From Gammaproteobacteria bacterium (lineage in GTDB: Bacteria; Pseudomonadota; Gammaproteobacteria; Eutrophobiales; Eutrophobiaceae), in contig CAXMWX010000009.1 in assembly GCA_963422205.2 (NCBI GenBank), forward strand, positions 96,001 to 160,000: 64,000 nucleotides of DNA, read 5' to 3'. The position numbers and the translations under genes are program-made. A model generated the notes under the pieces. That model worked only from the letters and a program-made list of their open reading frames with translations, was not told where the DNA came from and ran no database searches. Below are positions 44,361-55,643 of this stretch, in pieces. The stretch's first letter is position 1, and the number at the start of each line of letters is the position of its first letter.

Positions 44361-46428
44361 TTACAGGCGGGCGATATCGGCGGTGGTGATGAACATGTCG
44401 GCCAGATTTTTTAACAGGGCGAGGCGGTTTGCTCGCAGTTGCTGATTCTCGCTCATGACCATCACCTCATCAAAAAACGCATCGACACTGTCCCGCAAAC
44501 CGGCCAGTCTGTTCAAGACCTGTGGGTAATCTGCTGCCTCCAGCAGGGGGGTGCAGGTGTGTTGTGCTGTGCGTAAGTCATTCGCCAACCGTTGTTCTGC
44601 CGGCTCCTGCAATAATGCTGCATCAATTTCATTTCTGCTAGTATCGGCCTGTTTGAGGATATTGGCGATGCGCTTGTGTGCGGCTGTCAGGCTTGCCGCT
44701 TCGGGCCTCTGGCTGAACTCGGTCACGGCAATAAGGCGTTTGTGAAGATCCCAGGGCCGGGTCGGCTGCACGGCCAGCACGGCATCAAATACCCCCGGTG
44801 CGGTTCCCTTGTCGAGATAATAGCGCCGCAATCGCTCCAGCATAAACGGCAACACCGCATCTGTCGCCGCTGCCGCATTGACGGCTGCCGGAAAGCCATT
44901 TGCGGCCGCCTCAATACACTGGTGCAGATCGAGTTCCAGCTCACGTTCAATGATGATACGAAGGCTGCCAATAGCGGCACGCCGAAGACCGAACGGGTCT
45001 TTCTCACCGCTGGGCATTTTGCCGATGGCGAACATGCCAACGATCGTATCCAGCCGGTCGGCCAGCGCCAGGATCTGCCCGATCTTGCTGGCGGGGCAGG
45101 GCATCGCCGGCAAAACGTGGCCGGTATTGCTCATCCAGGGCAACCGCCACGGCCTCATCTTCACCGCTCAAGCGGGCGTAGCAGCGGCCCATCACGCCTT
45201 GCAGCCGGGGAAATTCTGCCACCATCCGGGTTAAGAGATCACACTTGCTTAACAGTGCCGCCCGCTCAACACATCGATTATCAACCCCCAGGGAGGTGGC
45301 AAGCTGAACCGCCAGCCCGGCAATGCGCCGGGTTTTCTGCTGCAAGTTACCCAGCTTTTGCTCGAAGATAACCTGCTCCAGCCCGGCCATATACTCGTGC
45401 AGTTTTTGTTTGCTGTCCTGCTGCCAGAAAAAGGCGGCATCACTTAGCCGGGGGCGGATCACCTTCTCATTGCCCCTGGCGATTTGCTCGGCTGCCTTAC
45501 TGTCGATATTGGCGATACAGATAAATTTTTCGCTCAGCCTGCCGTGGCGGTCACGGCAGGGAAAATATTTTTGCTGATCCTGCATACAGGCGATCAGCAC
45601 CTCTTCGGGTAATTGCAGAAACTTAACATCAAATGAAGCCAGCACCGCCACCGGCCACTCAAGCAGGGCGGTTACCTCATCCAGCAGCGCCGGATCAACC
45701 ACCGCATCAAGCCCGGCCTCTGTGGCCTTCTGGTGAATGAGCTGCCGAATCCGCTGTTGCCGTTCAGTAAATGCGGCGATAACCCGACCCGGCGCATATA
45801 GCTTTGTGGCATATTCGTCTGTGTTTGCCAGGTTGATCGCCGCCGGATGATGGAACCGATGCCCGTAAGTCTGGTTTGATGCCCTCGTGCCGAGAATCTC
45901 GCAAGCCACCGCCTCAGCCCCAAACATGACCAGCGACCAATGCACCGGCCGCACAAATTCCACCTCGCCCTCGCCCCAGCGCATGCGTTTTGGCACGGGC
46001 AAGGCGTGCAATGCGCTGTTGATGATGCTCGCCAGCAGGGCGGTGGTCTCCTGCCCGGGCCGCTGCTGCCTGTGCACCAGCCACTCGCCCTTATCGGTCT
46101 TCATGCTCTTTAGCGCAGTCACGGCGATGCCACAGGCATGTGCAAACCCCATCGCCGCCCGGGTGGGCTTGCCGTCTTTATCATAGGCTGCCTGCAAGGC
46201 CGGGCCTCGCTTCTGCACCTCGGTATCAGCCTGTCTTGTCTGCACGGCACGGAAGATCACGGCCAGGCGTCTTGGCGTTGCGAACCAGATCATCTCTCCA
46301 TGTCGCAGCCGCTGTTTGGTCAAGCCCGATTCTATCCCCTCGGCAAAGGCGAGCCCCAGAGGCTTTAACGCCCTGGGTGGTAATTCTTCGGTGCCGATTT
46401 CCACCAGCAGGTCTTTGGTGCTTGTCAT
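44361..46428 (-). CDS. glyS: Glycine--tRNA ligase beta subunit, interrupted by a +1 frameshift
   Basis: N-part [10 protein letters not shown]...[12 protein letters not shown] (ORF 45004-46428) continues as [15 protein letters not shown]...NRLALL (ORF 44361-45164). One extra base in the G4 run at 45093-45096. Confidence 0.93.
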
Positions 46429-47318
46429 GCCGGCTGGCCCTCACTGCACAGCGGGAAACCCAGCTGCTTGCGTTTATCGAAATACGCCTGTGCCACAGCA
46501 CCTGCCAGGGTACGCACCTGCAAGATAAAGCGTTGTCTTTCGGTGACGGAAATGGCGCAACGGGCATCCAGCAGGTTAAATGTGTGTGATGCTTTTAATA
46601 CCATCTCATACGCTGGCAGCGGCAGGTTTTGATCAAGCAATAACTTACATTGCTGTTCATACTCATCAAAATGGCGGAACAGCATCGCCGTGTCGGCCTG
46701 TTCAAAATTATAGGCCGACATCTCAACTTCATTTTGATGATGCACATCAGCATAGGTGATGCTCTGCTGGCCCCTGGTCGTCCAGAGCAGATCATAGACG
46801 CTGTCCTTGTCCTGCAAATACATGGCGATGCGCTCCAGGCCGTAAGTCAACTCGCCGGAGACCGGTCGGCATTCCAATCCGCCCACTTGCTGGAAATAGG
46901 TAAACTGGCTGATCTCCATGCCGTTTAACCAGACTTCCCAGCCCAGCCCCCAGGCGCCCAGCGTGGGTGATTCCCAGTCATCCTCAACAAAACGAATGTC
47001 ATGCAGCAGGGGGTCAATGCCCAGCGCCCGCAAAGAGTTCAGATAATGTTCCTGGATAGCCATCGGCGAGGGCTTTAACAGCACCTGGAACTGATAGTAA
47101 TGTTGCAGCCGATTCGGATTATCCCCGTAACGACCGTCAGCGGGACGCCGTGATGGCTGCACGTATGCCGCCTGCCAGGGCTCCGGCCCGACAGCGTGCA
47201 GAAAGGTTGCCGGATGGAAAGTGCCGGCACCGACTTCCAGGTCCAGCGGTTGCTGGATGATGCAGCCCTGCTCAGACCAGTAAGCCTGCAACGTGAAAAT
47301 CAATTCCTGAAATGTCAT
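46425..47318 (-). CDS. glyQ: Glycine--tRNA ligase alpha subunit
   Basis: [36 protein letters not shown]. Confidence 0.98.
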   Translation of the reverse strand: MTFQELIFTLQAYWSEQGCIIQQPLDLEVGAGTFHPATFLHAVGPEPWQAAYVQPSRRPADGRYGDNPNRLQHYYQFQVLLKPSPMAIQEHYLNSLRALGIDPLLHDIRFVEDDWESPTLGAWGLGWEVWLNGMEISQFTYFQQVGGLECRPVSGELTYGLERIAMYLQDKDSVYDLLWTTRGQQSITYADVHHQNEVEMSAYNFEQADTAMLFRHFDEYEQQCKLLLDQNLPLPAYEMVLKASHTFNLLDARCAISVTERQRFILQVRTLAGAVAQAYFDKRKQLGFPLCSEGQPA

Positions 47319-47660
47319 CAGCTATCTGAAATGCTTGGCATTTATCCGCCGCCGAGTATAACGATTAATGCGGGTTATGGGTATGTGTGTGACTGGCATG
47401 GCGGTGACTGGAATCACGCCTGTGCCTATGAGGTCGGTTCGTATGACCGCCATCTGTTAGCGGTAAAGCGCTGTCTTATCCTGGCGTGTTGGACGGATGT
47501 TTTTCAGTCTCGGCAAGGGTGTCAGTATGATCCTTCATGGCCTGTTGCAACACAAGGATAATATCGTTAAGTGGCGAGGGTAATGCAGGAGATGGTTGTA
47601 CGCCCTGGGGGCAGGGTCGATGTGCAGGCTGGGCGCGCTGGAGGGTTAAGGTAGCTTTTT

Positions 47661-48722
47661 CTATTCCTCGGCCTCATCCTTGTCATGAGTTAGGTCATCT
47701 AAGGTTTTGGTGAATAGATCTGTCTTGTGTTGTGGCAGGACATACCCCCAACCGGCAACGGCTTGTTGCAGTTGCTCTGCCTGTTCAATGATACTCAACT
47801 CATCGGTATCCGTTTGTTCGGCAGTCTCGGCAACGGGCGCTGCCGTGACAGAGAATAAGGTGTAGAATTGCTCTTCCTGCTGCACCACCTGCCCATGTAC
47901 GGCAAGCCCGTTAAACGTATTCACAGTAAAGCTGGCAACCTCGCTGGCCTGTTGCAGATTGCTCTCACGCCTGACTGCCTCGGCAAACACGCCTTCCAGC
48001 AGCGTACCCATCTGGCTGATCATGACATCGGCCTGGGCGCCCCTTCCGGCGGGAATATTTGCCAGCATCAGATCAGCGTTTGCATCACTGCGGGTTAGTT
48101 CAATGGGCGGCTTGCCGGCCGGTGCTATCCGAATGGACTTGACCTCCCGGCTGTTGATATCCAGCACGTTTTTATCAAACCAGTCAGCTGGCTTGGCGGA
48201 GACTGCCACACTCCCAAGCACCAGCAATGCCTGTTTGCTGTCGGGATGACGCACATACAAACCGGGTCGGTCGGCTGGCGACTTGCTGTGCCGGGCATCG
48301 CCAATGATCAAGCTGGCCACGGGTGTACCCGCCGCAGCGAATGTCAACCGGTGTGAACGGGCCCCGGCGTCCGTAATATCCTCAACGCCCAGCCGATTGT
48401 AAAGCGCCGGGTTAGAGGTTTTCTCTGCTAACAGCCTTAAATCAGCGACGGCCACCACCGTTTGTTTGACCTTGTCAAATTGGGCGGGGTAGTTGTCGGC
48501 CTGTTCGATCACCCAGGTGCCGTCCTGTTTTTTAATATCAATCTGTGCCTCTGCGCTGGCAATACGAAGCTGATCGATCGTGTTGATCGCATCGCCCAAA
48601 TCGGGCAGCAGCAGCGGGCTGGCATGGCTGGTTTGAGGCGCCCGCTGCTGGCTGATATACAGTGCGGCAATGAGCAGCACCAGCGTGATAGCCGCGAAAA
48701 TAGCAAAAGACGGTTTTTTCAT
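47661..48722 (-). CDS. DUF4340-like membrane-anchored protein (second)
   Basis: N-terminal TM, NYPA, EKTSNP....LG, YVR; last gene of the second ABC/GldG operon. Confidence 0.78.
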   Translation of the reverse strand: MKKPSFAIFAAITLVLLIAALYISQQRAPQTSHASPLLLPDLGDAINTIDQLRIASAEAQIDIKKQDGTWVIEQADNYPAQFDKVKQTVVAVADLRLLAEKTSNPALYNRLGVEDITDAGARSHRLTFAAAGTPVASLIIGDARHSKSPADRPGLYVRHPDSKQALLVLGSVAVSAKPADWFDKNVLDINSREVKSIRIAPAGKPPIELTRSDANADLMLANIPAGRGAQADVMISQMGTLLEGVFAEAVRRESNLQQASEVASFTVNTFNGLAVHGQVVQQEEQFYTLFSVTAAPVAETAEQTDTDELSIIEQAEQLQQAVAGWGYVLPQHKTDLFTKTLDDLTHDKDEAEE

Positions 48723-48727
48723 GCCAG

Positions 48728-50587
48728 CTACCCCATGCGGCGTGAACGGAATATTCCCAGCACGATGGCAAAGAGGATGATCATCAAAGGCAGCAAGGCG
48801 ATGTTGAAGAACTTCAACTGTGCGCCCAGGCGATCAATATTTTTTTGCAGCTCATGTTGCACGGCGCGTAATTCCTTGCGGGTTTTCACCTGTTCCAGGC
48901 GGAAGTTTTCAATCGCCCGCTGCTGTGCCGGCGAGAGCAGCAAATCGCCCTCACCCCGCTCTTGTTGCAACTCGACGATCTTGCGCTCGGTCTCATCCAG
49001 CCGGGCCTGCAACTGCTGCTCTTGGTCACGGAATTGCCGCTCTGCCTCTCGACGAATGGCTTCGACTTTGGTAAATGGTCGGGAGAACTCGCCCCGGCTA
49101 CGCAGGCTTATCAGGTCGGTATTGCCAGCCAGATTTTCCAGGGCATTGATCACAAAGTCGCCGTTGTTGGCGATGGTCTGCGGAATGTCGATGCCGAAGA
49201 AATTTTGCCGCCGGGTCCAGAATATATCGGCCAGGATATCTGTATCGGCCACCAGGATAACATTCAACTCGCCTTGGGTGGCCTGATCGCTGGCTGGCGG
49301 GGCGGCGGCATCCTCGTCTGTTACAAGGCCGTCCGGGTAGGCGGTTTGCGCTGTGCCATTGAGCCGCACGGCCAAGGTCTGCTGTTGATTGGCAGCGGCA
49401 AAGGCGGCCAGCATCACGTTCGGGTCGCGCTGGAATAGCACCAGATCACGCTCCATCGGCATGGATTGTGCGGATGACTGGATCAGCGGCGTGAATTCCA
49501 GCGCTGATCCTTCCTGCTGTTCGATAATGCCCGCCGTGCCTACATGGATCAGCTTCAACTCGCTGGTGCTGAAATCATCGGCGCTGAGAAACGCCTCAGT
49601 GATCCGCAGCCAGGGCAGGTAATTGGCCTCCACCGGCCCGCGCTGGCTGCTGGTCTGAACGCGCATGGCCAGTTGAGCATCGGCGGCGATCTTGTCGCTT
49701 GCCATGCTGATGCCCCAGGCATCCAGCAATACGTTCAGATCCGAGCTTAACTCCGGCATGACAAACGGGTTGGCCGGGTCTGCCTGGGTGGCATCGGCCT
49801 CGGCCAGCGGGTCAACAAAGATCAGCCCCTTGCCGCCAGTGAGCAGGTATTGGTCGATGGCATACAGCGTCTCTTGCGTCAGTTCTTTGGGGTGTACCAG
49901 CATCAGCACATCCACATCAGCTGCTATCTCGGTCAGCTCCGTCCCCAGATCGCGTACCGTAAAAAACTCGCGCATCACATCGACTATGGCCCAGGGCTGG
50001 CTGGTGCCTGTGGCCGGGTCACCAAACAGGGGCAGGCGGCTGATGACGCCCACCACGCGCTTGTCCGGGTTGGCCAGGTTGTAGATCAATTTGGTGATGT
50101 CATACTCCAGTGCCGCCTCCCGTGTTGCCTGAAAAAAAGCAATGATGGCCTCATCGTCGGTTGCATTGCTGCCGACCAGGCCAAAGTAGGCACGATCGCC
50201 GGCGGCATTGACAGAGACGCCCTGCAGGCCGCTGGCAACCGCCTGATCTTCCTGTTCGGAGAATGGCTCCGGATCAATGATGCTGAGTCGGATAGCCCCA
50301 CCAGATTTGGCGGCAAACTCCTCCAGCAAATCGCGCACGCGGTTACCGTAGTTGCGTAACTGTGGCAAGTCGGCCAGCAACTTGGCGGAGAAATAAAAAT
50401 CCAGGGTGACCGGCTCATCCAGCGCGGTGATGATATTCACGCTGCCCTGGGATAAGGTGAACAGGCGGTTTTCGGTGAGATCGATACGCAGGCTGGTGAA
50501 AACGGCATTGGCGATGATGATGATCGCCAGCGCCAATACGCCGGCCAGCAGCAGCCCGGTGCCAGAGATGATCTGTCGATTGTGCAT
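48728..50587 (-). CDS. GldG family protein (long form with C-terminal coiled coil)
   Basis: DLTENRLFTLS, DPEPFSE.ED, FVDP, ADTD, NNGDF..N, R.ELR.VQ..L. ATG at 50587. Confidence 0.88.
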   Translation of the reverse strand: MHNRQIISGTGLLLAGVLALAIIIIANAVFTSLRIDLTENRLFTLSQGSVNIITALDEPVTLDFYFSAKLLADLPQLRNYGNRVRDLLEEFAAKSGGAIRLSIIDPEPFSEQEDQAVASGLQGVSVNAAGDRAYFGLVGSNATDDEAIIAFFQATREAALEYDITKLIYNLANPDKRVVGVISRLPLFGDPATGTSQPWAIVDVMREFFTVRDLGTELTEIAADVDVLMLVHPKELTQETLYAIDQYLLTGGKGLIFVDPLAEADATQADPANPFVMPELSSDLNVLLDAWGISMASDKIAADAQLAMRVQTSSQRGPVEANYLPWLRITEAFLSADDFSTSELKLIHVGTAGIIEQQEGSALEFTPLIQSSAQSMPMERDLVLFQRDPNVMLAAFAAANQQQTLAVRLNGTAQTAYPDGLVTDEDAAAPPASDQATQGELNVILVADTDILADIFWTRRQNFFGIDIPQTIANNGDFVINALENLAGNTDLISLRSRGEFSRPFTKVEAIRREAERQFRDQEQQLQARLDETERKIVELQQERGEGDLLLSPAQQRAIENFRLEQVKTRKELRAVQHELQKNIDRLGAQLKFFNIALLPLMIILFAIVLGIFRSRRMG

Positions 50588-50589
50588 GT

Positions 50590-51330
50590 CTAGCTCGCCT
50601 TTTGGTGTTCGATAACAACGACAGTGGCATAGAGCCAAAAAGCAATGAATACGATGTAGTAGATTATGTCGCGAATATCGATCACTCCTTGTTTGATCGA
50701 TTCGAAATGGGTCAGAAAACTGAGTGAGGCGATCGCATCAATAAGTGCCTGTGGTGCCCAGCCCTGAAAATAATCCAGCACCAGCGGGAAGCCACTTAGG
50801 ATGAACAGAAAGCAGATCATGACGCTGATGACAAAGGCGATCACCTGGCTTTTGGTGGTGGCAGAGATGCAGGAGCCAACGGCCAGAGAGCCGCCGGCCA
50901 GCAACAGGCTGCCGATATAGCCGGCAACGATGACCGTGTTGTCCGGATCGCCCAGGGTGTTTACGGTAATCCAGATCGGAAAAGTCAGCGCCAGGGCAAT
51001 GGCACTGCAACACCAGGCGGCAAGAAATTTGCCCAGCACCGCTTCAATGATGGAGACCGGCAGCGTCATCAGCAATTCAATCGTGCCGCTCTTTCTCTCC
51101 TCAGACCAAAGCCGCATGGCAATGGCCGGGATCAGGAACAGATACAGCCAGGGATGAAAGCGGAAAAACGGCTCCAGATCGGCCTGGCCGCGCTCATAAA
51201 ATGCCCCCAGATTGAAGGTGAATATGCCGTTGAGCAACAGGAAGATAACGATAAACACATAGGCCAGCGGCGTGGAAAAATAGCCGTACAACTCACGCTT
51301 TAACACCGCCTTGATGTTATTCATGCTCAT
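50590..51330 (-). CDS. ABC-2 permease (GldF-like)
   Basis: REL.GYF.TPLAYVF, MRLWSEERKSGTIELL. Confidence 0.9.
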   Translation of the reverse strand: MSMNNIKAVLKRELYGYFSTPLAYVFIVIFLLLNGIFTFNLGAFYERGQADLEPFFRFHPWLYLFLIPAIAMRLWSEERKSGTIELLMTLPVSIIEAVLGKFLAAWCCSAIALALTFPIWITVNTLGDPDNTVIVAGYIGSLLLAGGSLAVGSCISATTKSQVIAFVISVMICFLFILSGFPLVLDYFQGWAPQALIDAIASLSFLTHFESIKQGVIDIRDIIYYIVFIAFWLYATVVVIEHQKAS

Positions 51331-52097
51331 GATTGCCCTGATGTCCCCTGGCTTTGATAAAATTCGCTGGTCAGTTGGCGGAAGGCATCGTCAATATCAT
51401 GGGCTGCTGACCGCTTGCGTAACTCGGCCGGTGTGCCATCAAACAGTAATTGCCCGGCGGCGATGATAATCGCCCGGCTGCACACCGCATCCACTTCTTC
51501 CAGGACATGGGTGGAGATAATAATGGCCTTCTTGGCCGCCATACGCTGTATCAGCCGGCGTACTTCGTGTTTTTGATTCGGGTCCAGGCCATCGGTGGGC
51601 TCGTCCATGATCAGCACATTCGGATCATGCAGCAGGGCCTGGGCGATACCCACCCGCCGTTTATACCCTTTGGACAGGGTCTCAATGGTTTGTTGCAGTA
51701 CAGATTCGATGTTGATCAACTGCACCACGTGTTCAATGCACTTATGTTTTTCCGCCCCACTGAAGCCACGGACTTCGGCAATAAAGTTCAGAAAACTGCT
51801 GACTGTCATCTCGGCATAGGCGGGCGCCCCCTCTGGCAGATAGCCAATGGCGGCCTTGACCGCCAGCGGCGAGTCAGTGACGGCATGACCGTTGACCAAC
51901 ACAGTACCGGCCGTTGGCGCCAGAAAGCCGCTGATCATCTTCATGGTGGTGGATTTGCCAGCACCGTTAGGGCCGAGAAAACCCAGCACCTCGCCATGTT
52001 GTACGGAAAAAGAAATTTCCTTTACCGCATGGATAGGGCCGAAGCGTTTATCCAACGCCTTAACCTCGATTGCAGGGGCAGTATTTTCCGATGTCAT
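51327..52097 (-). CDS. ABC transporter ATP-binding protein (GldA-like)
   Basis: GPNGAGKST, LSKGYKRR, MDEPTDGLDPNQK. Confidence 0.92.
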   Translation of the reverse strand: MTSENTAPAIEVKALDKRFGPIHAVKEISFSVQHGEVLGFLGPNGAGKSTTMKMISGFLAPTAGTVLVNGHAVTDSPLAVKAAIGYLPEGAPAYAEMTVSSFLNFIAEVRGFSGAEKHKCIEHVVQLINIESVLQQTIETLSKGYKRRVGIAQALLHDPNVLIMDEPTDGLDPNQKHEVRRLIQRMAAKKAIIISTHVLEEVDAVCSRAIIIAAGQLLFDGTPAELRKRSAAHDIDDAFRQLTSEFYQSQGTSGQS

Positions 52098-52255
52098 TGC
52101 AAAAGTCAGTCAGTTACTTGTCCGCCAGCCAACCCATTCGCCGGCTGGCCGTTAAGCAGATAAGGGCCGGGCAGCCAATCTGTCGGGCGGCGCTATTCTC
52201 CATAAAACAACGTTGCCGTCAACCGTGGCCAACCTGGATAGTCAGATGCCCGGTG

Positions 52256-53119
52256 TTAAGTTTTAGTTCCTTTCAAGCGGTATACCGAGGAGCTGTCCTC
52301 ATCGCCTCTGCCCTGTTCAATCAATGCCTTGTAATCGGCCATGGCAATCTCGGTTATCGGCAGTGCATTAATGCCTGCCCTGCTCGCCATTTGCTTGCAG
52401 ATAGTCAAGTCTTTAAGGTGCAGATTGACCTTAAAACCCGGTGGAAAGGCTTCGTTGATCATGAACTCGCTGCGGTTATCCAGCACCCAGTTGGCCGCCG
52501 CCCCGCCCGATACCACCTCAACCACCTTCGCCAGGTCCAGCCCGACCGTCTTGCCAAAGGCCAGGGCTTCGGCCACAGACTCATACAGGCCGGCACATAT
52601 AATTTGATTGACGGCCTTGCATGCCTGACCACTGCCCGTTGGCCCGATCAGCGTGATACGGCGGGCGATGGCGCCCAGGGTATCTTCAGCCGCCGCCAGG
52701 GTGGTCGCCTCGCCGCCGACCATCATGGCGAGTGTGCCCTGCCTTGCCCCTTCCACACCGCCAGAGACCGGGCAGTCCAGGAATTTTGCCTGTTTTTCGC
52801 TTAACAGGGCGGCCGCCTTAATCGCCGTCTCGGCACTGACGGTAGAGGTATCTGCCACGATGCTGCCCGCCGGTATGCCCGGCAACAGGGCGGCCACCAC
52901 CTCCAGCACATCCTCATCCCGTGGCAGGCTGGTTATAATGAGTTCGCAATATCTCGCCAACTCGGCCACTGTCCCGGTACTGCTGGCTGCCGTGGCAGCG
53001 GCAATCGCATCGGCCTTGCTTTGCGTACGGTTCCATATCTTGTGCAGGTGTCCGGCCTTGTCGAGATTCATCGCCATGCCCGCGCCCATCGCACCCAAAC
53101 CGATAAGCCCGGCCTTCAT
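52256..53119 (-). CDS. NAD(P)-dependent beta-hydroxyacid dehydrogenase (3-hydroxyisobutyrate/GarR family)
   Basis: GLIGLGAMG, FLDCPVSGG, KAVNQ, KDL. ATG at 53119. Confidence 0.9.
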   Translation of the reverse strand: MKAGLIGLGAMGAGMAMNLDKAGHLHKIWNRTQSKADAIAAATAASSTGTVAELARYCELIITSLPRDEDVLEVVAALLPGIPAGSIVADTSTVSAETAIKAAALLSEKQAKFLDCPVSGGVEGARQGTLAMMVGGEATTLAAAEDTLGAIARRITLIGPTGSGQACKAVNQIICAGLYESVAEALAFGKTVGLDLAKVVEVVSGGAAANWVLDNRSEFMINEAFPPGFKVNLHLKDLTICKQMASRAGINALPITEIAMADYKALIEQGRGDEDSSSVYRLKGTKT

Positions 53120-53174
53120 CGCTGTTCTCTTGAATACATCAAAAGATGCACAGGGTCTACCGGAGAGCGTGAGG

Positions 53175-54599
53175 TCATCTGTTGTTGCCAGCAGCCTGGA
53201 AATGCCGGGCCAGCACCTCGGCCACACAGCAGGTGAGTTTTTTTGCGGTGGGAAGATGCAGGAACTCATTCGGCCCGTGGGCGTTGGAATGCGGGCCGAG
53301 CACACCGGTGATCATAAATTGTGCGGTCGGAAATCGCTCCCCCAGCATACTCATAAACGGAATCGAGCCGCCCTCGCCCATCTGCATCGCCGGCTTGCCG
53401 AAGTAATTCAGTGAGGCGTGATTGACTGCCTTCTCCAGCCAGTCAGCCATGGGCGGTGCGTGCCAGCCGCTGGCCTCCCAGTCCGGCTTGAAAGTCACCC
53501 TGGCGCCACAGGGCGGGTCATATTCCAGCATGGCCTGTAATTTCTTCAGCGCCCGTCTGGCATTGCAGGTGGGCGGCAGACGCAGGGAGACCTTGACCGC
53601 CGTGAAGGGCTGCAATACATTGCCCGCATCGATAATGGCAGGCAGACCATCGGCACCGGTGATCGACAGGGCAGGCCGCCAGGTACGGTTAAGGATCAAT
53701 TCTGCCGGGTCACTCTCATCGGGCTGCACATCCGCCAGAAAGGGAAATTTACGGTACACATTCTTGTTCAGTACCGCCGCCGCCAGCCTGGCCTGCTCAA
53801 TGCGATGCTCAGGAATGGGCGTGTTAAATCCCGGATCCGTGATGACGCCACTGGCCGCATCGTCAATCCGCCCCAGTATCTTGCGGAGGATACGAAAGCT
53901 GGAAGGCACGACACCGCTGGCATCACCGGAGTGAACGCCTTCTTTCAGCACCTGTACTTTAAGCTCACCGCCGATCAGGCCGCGCAAGGACGTGGTACAC
54001 CAGAGTTGTTCATAGTTGCCGCAGCCAGAATCGAGACAAATGATGAGATCAGGCTGGCCGATGCGCTCAGACAAGGCATCAATGTAATAGGGCAGATCGT
54101 AGCTGCCGCTCTCCTCACAGGCTTCAATGATGATGATACAACGGGCATGCGGGAGCCCCTGTTTTTTTAAGGTGTTGACAGCCGTCAGACAAGAGAAAAT
54201 GGCATACCCATCATCGGCACCGCCACGCCCATAGAGCCGGTCGCCCTCCAGCACCGGCTTCCAGGGGCCGAGGTCTTCACGCCAGCCGGTCATCTCCGGC
54301 TGCTTGTCAAGATGGCCATACAGCAACACAGTCTCTGCCGACTCGCCCGGGATCTCGATAAAAAGCAAAGGCGTCCGACCGGGCAGGCGCACAACATCCA
54401 GTTGCATGCCCTCAATCTGCTGTCGCTCGATCCAATCAGCAAACTGCACCACCACCGCCTCCATGAAACCGTTGGCCTGCCAGTCGGGATCAAATGCGGG
54501 TGATTTATTCGGGACTTTGATGTACTCGGTCAACTCACCGATGATGCTGGACTGCCAGATGTCTTCGCAATAATCCGTGGCTTTTCCTGAGTCAAGCAT
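53175..54599 (-). CDS. M20 family metallopeptidase (dipeptidase-like)
   Basis: YGHLDKQP, YGRGGADDG, EESGS, HSG, NAHGPNE. Confidence 0.92.
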   Translation of the reverse strand: MLDSGKATDYCEDIWQSSIIGELTEYIKVPNKSPAFDPDWQANGFMEAVVVQFADWIERQQIEGMQLDVVRLPGRTPLLFIEIPGESAETVLLYGHLDKQPEMTGWREDLGPWKPVLEGDRLYGRGGADDGYAIFSCLTAVNTLKKQGLPHARCIIIIEACEESGSYDLPYYIDALSERIGQPDLIICLDSGCGNYEQLWCTTSLRGLIGGELKVQVLKEGVHSGDASGVVPSSFRILRKILGRIDDAASGVITDPGFNTPIPEHRIEQARLAAAVLNKNVYRKFPFLADVQPDESDPAELILNRTWRPALSITGADGLPAIIDAGNVLQPFTAVKVSLRLPPTCNARRALKKLQAMLEYDPPCGARVTFKPDWEASGWHAPPMADWLEKAVNHASLNYFGKPAMQMGEGGSIPFMSMLGERFPTAQFMITGVLGPHSNAHGPNEFLHLPTAKKLTCCVAEVLARHFQAAGNNR

Positions 54600-54769
54600 G
54601 AACGCCCCTGCTGTTTTTCGTAGCCCGCATCAGTATCACTTCGTTAGCGTAGAAGGCATCTTTAGAATATTTTGTTTCTTAATAATCCCCAAGTAATCCC
54701 TGAGCCTGCATTTGCGACCGCAGCACCTGGTGTGGTGTCTCCAGTCAATATGCCGTTGTGATGGCATAA

Positions 54770-55579
54770 TTACTCTACAGTATACCTGCCGCTTGAGTTA
54801 ATGTAGAAAACCGCGTCATTCTCAACATACACGTGATGTTCACCTTTGCTTGCCGAGCTGAAGAAGCTGCCTGGCGATAACAGGGTTTTGGTTTTTTCAT
54901 TATTCCATTGATGGGTGGCTTTACCGCTCACCAATACGGCTTTTAACCCCTTATCGTTTCTGATGCTACCCTTAAAATTCGCTGGCAGTTTAACAAAGCT
55001 GCCATTAGCCAAGTCAGATCTGCCCCACAGCCAGGCTATTTTAACCTGGCTTCTCTTTAGCCATTTCACATCTTGAGCATCGAGCCAGACCAGGTTGCGT
55101 TCAGCCATGTTGATTGGCAGCTCGCCGCTATCGAACGCCCTCTCCGCCGGCAGGACAAGATAGGGGCCACTGTCGATTTCCAGGTAAATGAGGTTATCCT
55201 GTCCATCGGCTGCTGTTATGTGGTTTGCGCCCGCCGGTTGAGTCCAAAATGAGCCGGTTGGCAACCACATTTTTTCTGCTGCCGGGTCGTCATTATGTAT
55301 TAATCCTTTGATCACGACAGCCCGGTAAGTGATGTTGTGAATATGCGGTGGCGAAGAGAACCCTTTGTTAAATTTCACCAACATCCCTGTGGCTGTATCC
55401 TGAGTGGGATCTCCCCATAGGGCGGCTGCTCTTGGGCTTGCATCACCTCTCGGCGGGTTGAGTAGGTCCCACTCGATATTGGCCTCAGTAATGATTACGT
55501 GATCATCCGCCTTTAAGGCCAATGCCGTCATACCCAGTGCCAATGCAAATACAGCGCACTTTAACTTATTCATGCCCAC
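54770..55579 (-). CDS. Secreted double-cupin protein (DUF4437-like)
   Basis: Signal peptide, LNPPRGDASP.AA.LWG, FSSPPHIH, GSFWTQPAG..HIT. Confidence 0.75.
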   Translation of the reverse strand: MGMNKLKCAVFALALGMTALALKADDHVIITEANIEWDLLNPPRGDASPRAAALWGDPTQDTATGMLVKFNKGFSSPPHIHNITYRAVVIKGLIHNDDPAAEKMWLPTGSFWTQPAGANHITAADGQDNLIYLEIDSGPYLVLPAERAFDSGELPINMAERNLVWLDAQDVKWLKRSQVKIAWLWGRSDLANGSFVKLPANFKGSIRNDKGLKAVLVSGKATHQWNNEKTKTLLSPGSFFSSASKGEHHVYVENDAVFYINSSGRYTVE

Positions 55580-55643
55580 GGCTTTTAGTCACGTTCAGAA
55601 CCATACATTATGGTCCGCTATTTAACCCTGGATTTGAGCATCG

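Noticed and set aside
54749-54768. Hairpin TATGCC-N8-GGCATA after the cupin gene
   Set aside because: Short stem without a U-tract; too weak to call a terminator.
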